64,000 nt of DNA from Macrostomum hystrix. Lineage: Eukaryota > Animalia > Platyhelminthes. The notes below the pieces were generated by a model. It did not search any database. It had not been told where the DNA came from and saw only the letters and a program-made list of their open reading frames with translations. The translations under genes were made by a program, and so were the position numbers. The DNA lies in contig CATNEN010000001.1 of the NCBI GenBank assembly GCA_950097015.1, positions 7,192,001 to 7,256,000 of the forward strand, given 5' to 3'. Positions 1 to 11,129 of the stretch are shown here, piece after piece. Numbering within the stretch: position 1 is the first letter of the stretch; each line of letters begins with the position of its first letter.

Positions 1-1067
1 CGGAGGAAACTAGATTCTGAGCTGCTCAGAATTCCGGTTGGCTGCTGCATCAGTTTTCAAACAGTTTGAACTAGGATTGTAGTTTCGTGTAAATTGGCGC
101 CAAACTCCGTGTTGAGAATTTAAGCTTCAACTAGTATTCATTTCATCGTGAACTCAAAACAGTAGCGTGAAGTGCTCATTTTCACGAACTCTAAATTTCT
201 CGAAGAATGCCAACAGTTCCCAACCATACCCAACCATCTTGTAAAGAGTGAATTGGCATTGCTTTTGCTTTGTTGTTTTTTCATACCACGGCTCTTAGAA
301 ACTATAATTATTATTGATCTCGTAGATGTCAGTAGTAGCTGTAGGCTTTGTTTACCTATATTTTATCTCACACAAGGTCAACACCAATTTAGAAGCATCC
401 CCTATCTGTTAGTAATTTTTCTCATTAAATCCATTTGGAGTAGATTTTTAGCAATCCTATTGCTCAGGTTTTTTACTCAAAATCTGAAAGCAAAAGATCT
501 GTTGAATTTTTTTCACTAAAGTGGTGCTTTTTGGTGCTAAAGCAATAACAAAGGATTTCAAAAAGTTGCTTTGATTACTGCAGACGTCTTTTTTATTTTC
601 CGACGCTTTTTGGCGCACGATGCTTTTAGAAGGCTTTCATTTTCAGAAATCTGGGCAGCATTTTCGATTCCTAAATCGGTTTTTTTGTTTTAAGCCACTG
701 GCGTAGAACCACATGGATACCTGTGGCATGTGATCTGCGAATCAACCGTTCGATCACTGGTCCTGGTTGGGGTAGATTTGGTCACTATGTAAAGCGTCCT
801 ACACAAGAAGAAATTTAATTTATCACGCAAATAATTATCTGACAAAGTTCTGTCAAACAGATATTATATCACCCTAAATAGTCAAACTATCCAGAGAGTA
901 AATTAGCGTTCATTTTAGAGTTGATCATCTTAGGCACGTGCATAAAAAGTTGCTATGGCGGATTGCTGAATGAAACTGTGCTTATCTGCAATGAGTCATA
1001 CGGTTCCCAGTGCTCAGTGCAGCAGTCTTTTTAAATGAGAAGAGACTGAGCTCACGAGACTATCCAG

Positions 1068-2023
1068 TATTTGTGTGACTAACCAGTGCTCATGAGACAA
1101 ACCAGTGCTCATGAGACTAACCAGTGCTCATGAGACTATCCTGTGCTCATGAGACTAACCTGTGCTCATGAGACTAACCTGTGCTCATGAGACTAACCTG
1201 TGCTCATGTGACTAACCTGTGCTCATGAGACTATCCTGTGCTCATGAGACTAACCAGTGCTCATGAGACTAACCTGTGCTCATGAGACTAACCTGTGCTC
1301 ATGAGACTAACCTGTGCTCATGAGACTAACCTGTGCTCATGAGACTATCCTGTGCTCATGAGACTAACCTGTGCTCATGAGACTAACCTGTGCTCATGAG
1401 ACTAACCTGTGCTCATGAGACTATCCTGTGCTCATGAGACTAACCTGTGCTCATGAGACTATCCTGTGCTCATGAGACTATCCTGTGCTCATGAGACTAA
1501 CCTGTGCTCATGAGACTATCCTGTGCTCATGAGACTATCCTGTGCTCATGAGACTAACCTGTGCTCATGAGACTATCCTGTGCTCATGAGACTAACCTGT
1601 GCTCATGAGACTAACCTGTGCTCATGAGACCATCCTGTGCTCATGAGACTAACCTGTGCTCATGAGACTAACCTGTGCTCATGTGACTATCCTGTGCTCA
1701 TGTGACTTTCCTGTGCTCATGAGACTAACCTGTGCTCATGAGACTAACCTGTGCTCATGAGACTAACCTTTGCTCATGAGACTAACCTGTGCTCATGTGA
1801 CTATCCTGTGCTCATGTGACTTTCCTGTGCTCATGAGACTAACCTGTGCTCATGAGACTAACCTGTGCTCATGAGACTAACCTGTGCTCATGAGACTAAC
1901 CTGTGCTCATGAGACTAACCTGTGCTCATGAGACTGTCCTGTGCTCATGAGACAAACCTGTGCTCATGAGACTAACCTGTGCTCATGAGACTAACCTGTG
2001 CTCATGAGACTGTCTTGTGCTCA
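1068..2023. repeat. 19-bp minisatellite (CATGAGACTAACCTGTGCT)n, about 50 copies
   Basis: Directly visible tandem units. The array starts about 55 bp beyond the GTGAG donor of the degraded WSC exon, so it is intronic. Confidence 0.97.
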
Positions 2024-2078
2024 AGAGATTACTCTTCACCTGCGTTAAAAAGCATGCCTGATTTAGAGAAATCTCACC

Positions 2079-2585
2079 TAGATAGGTCAGACCGTACACA
2101 GCATTGTGAGTGTATCCGCCACAAGTCTGCGAAGCATTTCCAAGGCAGGTAACGTTGCAGTCCGACTGTGGCGCCATTCCAAATAATCCGTAGGAGTCTC
2201 CCCACCCCAATAGCAGGCGCTGCCGTTCTGCAGTCCCATGTAGGGAAAGCCTCCCAGAGCGCAAACCTGACTGCAGTAAGCCACAGACATACTATTAAAG
2301 TACACTTGAAAGTACGGCTTGCTGAACTTGTAATCGGCCCAGCTGGCTAGCTTGGCTAATCCCATTAGATCTCTTTTGTTAGAATTATAAAATCCCTTGA
2401 TACCTTACTCAATACCCATGACAATACATGTTATTCCCTTGATACATTACTCATACCCATGACAATTCATATTATTCCCTTGATATCGTACGCTATATCC
2501 TTGATGCATCGAATTTTGGGTAATAGTCCAGCAGCGAACTCGTAGAAGAAAATACAGTATTAAATGTAAAATAGATTTGAAGCAA
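2079..2585 (-). pseudogene. Degraded WSC-domain paralogue (frameshifted)
   Basis: The WSC motif is split over two frames, ...MSVAYCSQVC..YMGLQNGSACY / GDSYG...CNVTCLGNASQTCGG..NAVY, with the shift in the G-rich run at ~2200-2210. The exon ends LTYL(G)|GTGAG like the intact paralogue. A ~39-bp tandem triplication with stops (~2393-2505) interrupts the 5' part. Confidence 0.65.
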
Positions 2586-2883
2586 ATTTATAATTTACAA
2601 AGCGATGTACTTATCTGTACCAGTAGTGTAGATGGAATACGATAGTCTAGCTTTTAAAAAATTTACTTTCAAGAAAAAAAGAATGATGAATAAAAGTTTC
2701 ATGTATAACTTTTATAATATATCATTTCTGATTTATGATTTATGACAATTGGTATATTCAATTTTATATTAGCTCGCATATTCAATTACTATTCCTATTA
2801 ACATGGACGCTACAGAAATGATTGAAACGATAAGATTAGTAGTATAATTAGAGTTTTGATATTTATTTAACAGTGATTACACC

Positions 2884-3165
2884 TGCCCAATTGGGCCAGA
2901 TGTGCAGCCGACAGCACAGCCGCAGCTATTGCGCGGCGCATCTGAAGGCTGCGTACGGCTGTTCAGTCCACGGACTGGGGGGACGCCACACCCACCCTCA
3001 ATTACCCCCGCTAATGCTGTTACCCATTTAACAGCTGGGTGAACTGAAGCATTTCGGAGTTAAGCGTCTAGCTATAGGACACAATTTTTTCAGTAGAGTC
3101 GGGAATCGAACCCCCGACCTTCAAGTCGTGAGTTCAATGCCCTAACCACTAGACTAAAGCCCTAG
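2884..3165 (-). mobile_element. tRNA-derived SINE, family A
   Basis: Reverse complement of 3610-3893. It has a Pol III box B (GGTTCGATTCC) and the central CACCCAGCTGTTAAATGGGT motif. Confidence 0.85.
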
Positions 3166-3324
3166 AAAAGCAAAGCATTAAGAACAGTTGTTGCAGAAAA
3201 AAAGTAAAATTGGTTCGAATATTTTTTATAGAAAATCTGATAAGTTTTAAACATTGTAGCCAGAGCAAAAAAAACCGTTCAGTATGAGCGCCTCGTTACA
3301 GCCATCTTTTGCAGCTTCCAGCAC

Positions 3325-4406
3325 TCAATATCTAACGTAGAATTCTCCGGAAAAGGTCGCGAGCGTGTCAGGAACCAGCGGCAACATCAGCAGGTGGCAG
3401 AGCTGCTGCGACTGGCTATACAGAACCGCCTGACAGTCTGCGTTGCAGCTAACAATGCACTCGGCTAGTCCGTTGGTTGGCACAGTTCGATTCAAGGGCT
3501 GGCGATAGTGACTGCTGATCGAGATCGTGGACCGGATCGACGCCGAAAAATACTTACTATCTGAAAGGTTACAAACAGTTAAGACGCGATTAACAAGTGT
3601 GTTGTGTAAGGGGTTGTAGCCTAGTGTTTAAAGAGTTGCACTCACGACTTGAAGGTCGGAGGTTCGATTCCCGACTTTACTTAAACTGCTTTTGTCCTGT
3701 AGCAAGACCCTTAACTCTGCATGTTTCATTTCACCCAGCTGTTAAATGGGTTCCAGCATCAGTTGGGATAATTGAGGGTTGGGTGTGGCGTCCCCCCCAG
3801 TCCATGGACTGAACAGCCGAACGCAGCCTTCAGATGCTCCGCGCAATAGCTGCGGCTGTGCTGTCGGCTGCACATCTGGTCCAATAATTGGGGTGTGCTA
3901 GAAAACGATAAAAATTACTCAAATTAATAGTTATTAACACCCCTGAGCACACCAACACTGTCTGGCGTTCACTACCAGCGCTGCTCACCTCGGTAAACCA
4001 GTCTGAAGACTGAGTTGACGCTAGAGGCGCCGCACATCTGCGAAGAGTTGCCAGAACAGGCGGTCAGGCAGCCAGCTGAAACACCCTGAGACCCGTAGGA
4101 GTTGCCGCAGTAGCACCCAGTTCCGGCTTGCAGCCCCATGTACTTGTAGGCGCCAGCGGAGCATATGCTGGCGCACAGTTGCCAGGTGAGGCTGCCATGA
4201 GGAAAGTCATAGCTTGTTGCTGGTTTAGTGTAGCCGGCCATCTGCAGTATACCAAAGGCGTCGCCAATGTCGCGAATTCCGCCGACGTAGTCGCGGAAGC
4301 AGCCGATGTATTCGTAGCGAAGAATTTCTCTGTCAGCGACCGAAGTGCGAGAAATTAGCAACAGCAGCAGCAGCTGCCAACAATTGCCTGTCTTCTCAGT
4401 TGCCAT
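3325..4406 (-). CDS. Secreted WSC + PAN/apple domain protein (2 exons: 4406-3989, 3560-3325)
   Basis: Exon 1 encodes a signal peptide (WQLLLLLLIS) and a WSC domain (YIGCFRD...CASIC...YMGLQAGTGCYCGN...CLTACSGNSSQMCG...VF). A phase-1 GT-AG intron leads to exon 2, which reads DSKYFS...LAECIVSCNADCQAVLYSQSQQLCHLL...FYVRY*, a PAN-like Cys pattern not in the ORF track. Confidence 0.85.
3610..3893 (+). mobile_element. tRNA-derived SINE, family A
   Basis: tRNA-like head (TAGCCTAGTG...GGTTCGATTCC), conserved central motif and hairpin-rich tail. Homologous copies lie at 2884 and 14930. Confidence 0.85.
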
Positions 4407-4900
4407 GGCGTTGCTGGGTTAAACTTACTGAATATTCAAAAAAATGAGCTTCAATACTTATATAACTCACTGCCAACCTGAGTTAGCAAGAATTCTCTTG
4501 AATAATTGATGACGTTTTGCAGAAACACAAGAGCCATTAATTGATGCAAAGCCAACCTCCCAACCTCCATTGTGAGCATAGTTTCTGGGAAAATTTTTAG
4601 TGAGCCAAACATTCCGAGTGCAAGCGCTTTCAAGTTAGTTGCAAAACTAACAGATTAGTTGATTAGACAGAAACTAAACTCTTAGGCATTCACGCTGTGA
4701 AGCCTGCATACATGTGCATAAAGTATTTTATACTCGTAAGTGTAAATATATTCAAACAATAAGTTTAGCTTATACAAAAACAGCTCAATTTTTTTCTAGC
4801 TGCAAGCAATCAATTTTATTACTCGTAAAAAGTGACAAATCGATTTCTTGCTAAAATAAAGATAACTATCTAGGTAGTGTCTAGTAGGTAGTGTAAGTCC

Positions 4901-5220
4901 TGGTGGGCGGTCATTGCTTCTCGCACCAAGATCCCTGAGCTCGATTCCGCGGCGAGGCCACATTCATTTGGGGCGCAGCCGCGGATAGAAGGCTTGGGGG
5001 GCTTGTCATGCAATTTACGCCCTAAGGGCCAGCCCCCAAGGCACAATCAGAAATTCAGGGCAGATGTACACACCTTTGTGAGTGTGCCTGCGTACAGTAT
5101 CTGTGTGCGTGTGTGCTCAGGAGTCAGCGAAATGGGCAGAATTGCCTCCTCGCTGGCTGCGGGTCTAGTGTCACCAAATGATGTACCATTGCCCGCAGCC
5201 CTCCTGCAATTAATATTTAG
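4901..5220 (+). mobile_element. tRNA-derived SINE, family B (internally deleted)
   Basis: Matches the full-length copy at 36188-36583. Confidence 0.85.
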
Positions 5221-5729
5221 TATTAAGCTCTGGATCAGAGCATGATCGTGATAAAGGTCAATCACTGATTAATTACTGGTCATCACTGGTCAAATACGGG
5301 TCAATGGCTCAAATTCTGCGTCAAGTAGTGAGCTTTGACCCATGTGTAAAAGAACAAAATTCTAGCAAATTTCGTCCAGGTAAATTGTGTTGACGTACTA
5401 GAAAACGTTTCTAGAAAAACTAAATTAATGAAAATGCCAAAATAGCAGATTTATTCTTGTGAAAATATTTAAAATACTGAAAATAGTTAGTAACAAAACA
5501 TCAAATTGTTTACAAACTCGATCGATCGCCAGCAGAATCAGAAGAAAAAGAATGACCAGATAAAGGAAGAAAAATGTATTAAACACTGCATGAATAAATA
5601 AAAAATTAGAAATTATAACATCGTATTGCCTGAAAATCTATATTGATTCGAATCGATAAGTCGATAAAAAATCTTCAAAATCGTAAAAATCAAAAATCGT
5701 AAAAATCGTCACGTCAAATAAAAATTAGA

Positions 5730-6100
5730 TTGTGTCAATCAAGGATCGATAATGTTTTGATCAAGGATCGAGAATGTATCAATCAAGGATCGAGAATGTA
5801 TCAATCAAGGATCGAGAATGTATCAATCAAGGATCGACAATGTGTCAATCAAGGATCGACAATGTGTCAATCAAGGATCGAGAATGTGCCAATCAAGGAT
5901 CGAGAATGTATCAATCAAGGATCGAGAATGTATCAATCAAGGATCGACAATGTGTCAATCAGTGATCGAGAATGTATCAATCAAGGATCGAGAATGTATC
6001 AATCAATGATCGAGAATGTATCAATTAATGATCGAGAATGTATCAATCAAGGATCGACAATGTGTCAATCAAGGATCGAGAATGTGTCGATCAATGAATC
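5730..6100. repeat. 22-bp minisatellite (ATCAATCAAGGATCGAGAATGT)n
   Basis: Visible tandem units. They explain the repetitive ORFs in all three + frames. Confidence 0.95.
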
Positions 6101-6172
6101 AATCGATTCTCGTGAAAAAAACATAATGGAAGACAGTTTTTCCTTCTGAGCAGAACTTTCCGCCTGTCACAG

Positions 6173-7533
6173 TCAGCCAGAAATCTCTGCTAATCTTCGC
6201 GCCAAATCCATCTCCGTGTCGCCAACGTTGCCACCGGTGACAAAGACGACAACAGGACCAACTGGCAGCGAGTTGGCCAGCTTCAAAGCGGCGGCAAAGC
6301 CCAGAGCAGCGGCTGGCTCAGCTCTCGGGTGTCCGGCTTCTGATAGAATCTTTTCCAATCGCAAGCAGCTGTTGGCAATGTCTTTCTCCTCTACAAGGCA
6401 CCACTGGTCTACTCTCTGTCGGCAGACATCAAAGGTTGGCGAGTCATCCTCAACAGCTCCGGTTGTGCCCTGGGCCACTGTATCGCGAGAACCAGCCTCG
6501 TCGTAGCTTAATAGACGCCCAGCCTGTCATAAAAAATAAAAAATCTACTAATTTAAACACCTCAAAAGTAACTGGCCATCAGATTTTCTAACCTTCACGG
6601 ACTTGGCCAAGACACAGTCGGCCTCGGGCTGACAGCCAATTACGGTTGTCCGCAATCCGGCCAAGCCCATGTGCTTTGCGTAGAGAGCCACACCTGCCAA
6701 TAGACCGCCTCCGCCTGTTGGAACCAACAGAGTCACGTGACCAGCTGTCAGCCAATCAGGATTAACGGCCAATTGTCCTGGCCAACCGGTTACAACCGGA
6801 TCCGGAAACAGCTCGAAAGCAGACGTGCCCTGACCTCTAATCACGTCCCAATCAGCATAGGGCGAAACGTAAAGAGAGCCCTCATTGTGACGAGCGAACT
6901 CGCGACCAGCCTTTTCAGTTTCAAGGCATTCGCGACCAACTTTGTTAAGCCGGATCAAACCGGTTTCTTGCAGCCGCCTTAGTTTAGCTTCTTTAGCCGG
7001 CGCAACACTGGCCGGTACGAAGACTGAACTGCCACCAACGCCAAGAGATTGCCACACGTGACAACAGGCCAGGACGTGATTTCCTGAGCTGCTCACGACA
7101 AAGTGCGGCTTCGACTGCAGAGAAAATTAGGAAGCTTTTTAGATAATCTCACAGTCCTTCCTAGGAGTACTCCAAAGGAAGCTTTACAGTCCAACAGATG
7201 CGTCACAGTCTAGGTTCAATACTTGAAGTAACACAGTCAGCAAGTCAAGAAGTAGCTCGAAATACGTTTGGCACTTACCTCACCATCTTTTACCGTCTCG
7301 ATATTGCTGCTTATCTTATTAAATGCACCGCGAATTTTAAACGATCCACTGGGCATAGTATGCTCAAGCTTGAGTAGGACTGGTCGATTGAGCTCAGCAG
7401 AAAGCTCATGACACAACATCAGCGGTGATGGAGCTGGGAGGAAGCTGGACAGCCTCACGGCTACTGACCGAATTCTGTCAGCTTCTGAGCTGTCCGGACT
7501 CAGTTGCAGATTGCATTTTAGCGGAAAGATCAT
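6173..7533 (-). CDS. PLP-dependent fold-type II enzyme, serine racemase / threonine ammonia-lyase family (exons 7533-7279, 7114-6593, 6523-6173)
   Basis: PLP-lysine motif KLEHTMPSGSFKIRGA, SSSGNH, SPY..WDVIRGQGT, glycine loop PTGGGGLLAG, GCQPE, AEPAAA and TGGNV. Two phase-0 GT-AG introns join the exons in frame. Confidence 0.9.
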
Positions 7534-7909
7534 TGTGTCCAGCTGACCTGCAATGAGCAGATATGCTCGAGTGTCTGATGATCAGCTTTTTTAGGACTTT
7601 TTTGTTCTGTTAGATGAAGCCACGAAAAGGTTTATATATTTTCATTTTATTTTAACCAAAATGGTTGTATTTTATTTTAGCTTCTATAGCTGTGTTTTAG
7701 GCATGTAAGTTTTCTCTGCAAAATTACATGAAAGAAATATCTAATTTTTTTTCGTTTGAATCATGGCTAAACCAGAGTTTGAATCATAGCAAAACCAGGG
7801 TGTAAATCATAGCAAAATGTTTTTGTAATTGATGAATTCTCTAGCTTTTTAGCTAAAGCTAAGCTTTAAGCTTAAGCTTTTTAGCTAAAGCTAAAGTTTA
7901 GCTAAATTT

Positions 7910-8085
7910 ATGATCATTGTCAACTGGGGATCTTCATCAATGGGGAGTCATCATTAACTGGGGGATCATTGTCAACTGGGGGATCATTGTCAACTGGGGG
8001 ATCATTGTCAACTGGGTGATCATCATCAACTAGGCCTATGTGATCATTGTCAACTGGGGGATCATTGTCAACTGGGGAATCATTG
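7910..8085. repeat. ~19-20-bp tandem repeat (GATCATTGTCAACTGGGG)n
   Basis: About 9 visible units. Confidence 0.85.
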
Positions 8086-8639
8086 TAGAATTAAAAAGCT
8101 GTAAATTCAGCTGCTAAAAAGTATATAATAGATGAATTAAAAATATTGCTGCTCCCTGAAGGTGGGCAAAACTTGCTAGTATCAGTTTCTGATTATCCCT
8201 TTTTGTGAATTTTCATGGTGTCGAGTACTGCAAGCAGACAAAAATAACAGCAAATGAGTAGGCCTAATTAGAAAATTAACTATCAGTGGGAACAAAAAAA
8301 ATTAATACTAAAATGCTAAATACTCTTTCAACTAATTATATCATATAATTATTTATATGTCGTCATCATGGAGCGGTAAGATAAGATACTTCTTGGATTT
8401 GGTTAACTCTGTCTCAACATTTTAAATGGGCCGGAACATGGGCCGGAACTGGAAAGGTAAAGTACAATTTTTTTAGGGTTCAGGCTAGGTCTAGTTTATG
8501 GGCACGGGACAGTATTGGCTCAGCATTGCAAGGCCCTGCCAGTCCAATTTGCATCACTTTAAGAATTCAATGATCATTAGATTATTTTACTAAAAATTTG
8601 CAATGCCCTTTGCCCTCCAATACGGAGTCGTTTTTGCGG

Positions 8640-9010
8640 ACACAAACCAAACCAAACCAATTCACCAATGTAAACCCATAGGCTGCTCCCCTTGTGTGTG
8701 ATGCGCCAGGACTATCAATCTAGCTTTTTTCCATCAATTCTTCTGTCAAACCAATTTACCAATGTAAATCTGTCAAACCAATTTACCAATGTAAATCTGT
8801 CAAACCAATTTACCAATGTAAACCCTAGGCTGCTCCCCTTGTGTGTGATGCGCCAGGACTACCAATCTAGCTACAAACTCTCAAATAAATTTTTTCCATC
8901 AATTTTTCTGTAACCCTCCAATGCGAAAAAAAACGCACTACAATTTCAATCTACCTATAACTCACCTAGGCTGCTCCCCTTGCAATGCGCCAAAAGCTAT
9001 CAATCTAATT
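8640..9010. repeat. Local compound duplications (24-bp unit x3 inside ~70-bp duplicated blocks)
   Basis: CAAACCAATTTACCAATGTAAA repeated; TAGGCTGCTCCCCTTG present three times. Confidence 0.75.
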
Positions 9011-9949
9011 ACTAAGCTCTAATCTTTCTGCTAAATTACAAATGCGAAAAATGCGATACCCTAACCAATTTGGGGGTTGGCTAGGCTTTGCAAATTCATA
9101 TGTACTATGCGCTTGTCTTAGATTTCCTCTTTTATCCTGATGTCCTAATCTTTGTGAGGACCCATTTTTTATCCCAATCATGCGCACTCAATATACCAAA
9201 AAAAATATTTTCCATTCGTTTTTTATCGTGTAAAATATTTTTCGTCAATCGTATCCAATAAATATACAGTACCTACAGCGGAAGAGCCCCTCCCAGGGCT
9301 GACCCGCGGGTCTTAGACCCAAACCTCTTAACAACAACTCAACATTTTAAGTTTAAACTAAAACGATTAGTCATAGGCCTATAGGTGAAACTTATGGAGG
9401 CTCAATTAAAGCTAGTAAGATATTTTTTACTATACTTTTATGTACATGCTCGCTATGCGTATATCGGAATCAATTAAAGCGTCATTGATTATTTGATCAA
9501 TTCAGGATAAATTAAATTTATTATATTATATCAATTTTTTATATCAATTAATCAATTAAAGTTAAATTCGTGCTATTATTGTAATTTGAAAAGTTCTACG
9601 CATAAAATAGACGTTTATAAAACAACAAAGTTAAAATATAATTTCTTCTATTTTACTTATCTTTTTATTGATTTTACTTTTAGTAGTAAGAAAATCAAAC
9701 TTTAAATATATTTACATTTATTTACTAAGTTTTGAGCAACAAAAAGTATAAATTCAAAATAAAAAAGAATTGCGCAAAGTATCAACTCTCTGATTTCTGC
9801 GTATCTCAATGCCTGACTTTTTCAAAAATCATTTGTCTGGTCTTTAGTAGTTTTAATAGCTTTAAGTAATTAGTAGGCCTACTAAGTATATAGTCTTTAG
9901 ATATTCGTTTAACATATTTCTAGTATTTTTCTGTTAAGCTAATAGCTAA

Positions 9950-10332
9950 GACATTTCGGTGACAGAATTGGTCAGTTGGGTGACAACTATATTTGCACCT
10001 AAATATGCTGAGAAAACAGCCTTCCACGATCCAGCAGCTGCACTCGCCTTGTCAATCCAAAACTTGAAAAATGATTATTATACATATTTAATTAGGAACG
10101 AATAACTATTGAAACTATTGACTACTTATTAAATAATTTAATAATTTAACTCATTTAAAGAAAAACCCAGACTTAATCAGAGGGATGCAGCTTCTTATTA
10201 ATACTTATAGCATTATTTAATTGATACTTTATAATTGTGCATAGTAAAAATGGAAGGCTGTCTTTTAGCATATTTAGGTGCAAAAATAGTTGTCACCAAT
10301 CTGACTAGGCCTAATTGTGTCACTGAAATGAC
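9950..10332. mobile_element. MITE-like foldback element
   Basis: ~75-bp imperfect inverted repeats: CATTTCGGTGACA...TTTGCACCTAAATATGCTGAGAAAACAGCCTTCCA versus TGGAAGGCTGTCTTTTAGCATATTTAGGTGCAAA...TGTCACTGAAATG, around an AT-rich core. Confidence 0.7.
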
Positions 10333-11129
10333 TTGAGTTGTCACTGAAATGACCTGGGACCAAATAACATACCTTAATGGCAGTGCTTATTGGTAGGCCT
10401 ACGGTTCTGTAAAACATTCAATAAAATAATATCTAGAGTTTTCTGTCTTTTTCTTAAATTCTGCTCTGAATACAAAAATGTTTATTGAATGATTATATAC
10501 AAAGTTTTTACACTTTTAAATTAAACATTCAAAAAGCCAGCTTTGTGATTGTGAGGATTGTCATTTTTATATCAAAAGAAATGCATGCTATATGTCTATC
10601 AGTATCATAAAAAAGCATGAGGAGAGCATTGGTTTACTACTAGAGGATGTGGGAAGATAATTTGTTCTTTGCTAGTGCCTAACAAGGGGGAAAACTCTAT
10701 TACTAAGGGTCATTGGTTCTGAGGTTCTCTGTTAGGTTCTGTGGTGTGCTAGGCCTATAAGCTCTTTGTTTTTCTGCTAAGGGGCAATAGCTCTTTGCTT
10801 AATGGTGTCATTATTTTCTTGCTAAAGGGGTATCATTAGCTGACTTACTTGAAAGGGGTCATTGGTTCTCCACTAAAAAGGGGCAAACTCCACTATCTAG
10901 TGCAGCGTTGTTTTTCTAATTAAGGGGCAAGCTTTGCTCAATTTTGGCATTAAGTCTGCTAAATTAGGCATGGGTTGGGTTGCCTATTTAGGCACATTTA
11001 TTAATTGTTGTCATTGAATGTTGTTTATTGTTTAATATTGCATTGCTTTCTATGAGAAATAATTTTTAAGAAATAGTTAAAAATTGTGTAAGAACCATCA
11101 ACCTGTTAGATTTTTAAGCAAGCAATTTA

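Noticed and set aside
690-990. Second (PAN) exon of the degraded WSC paralogue
   Set aside because: A phase-compatible acceptor exists near 985, but the frame stops after ~18 codons without the PAN cysteines.
3610-3680. tRNA genes at SINE heads (also 36188-36265)
   Set aside because: Box A/B are present, but I could not build a complete cloverleaf, and each head continues into a repeated SINE body.
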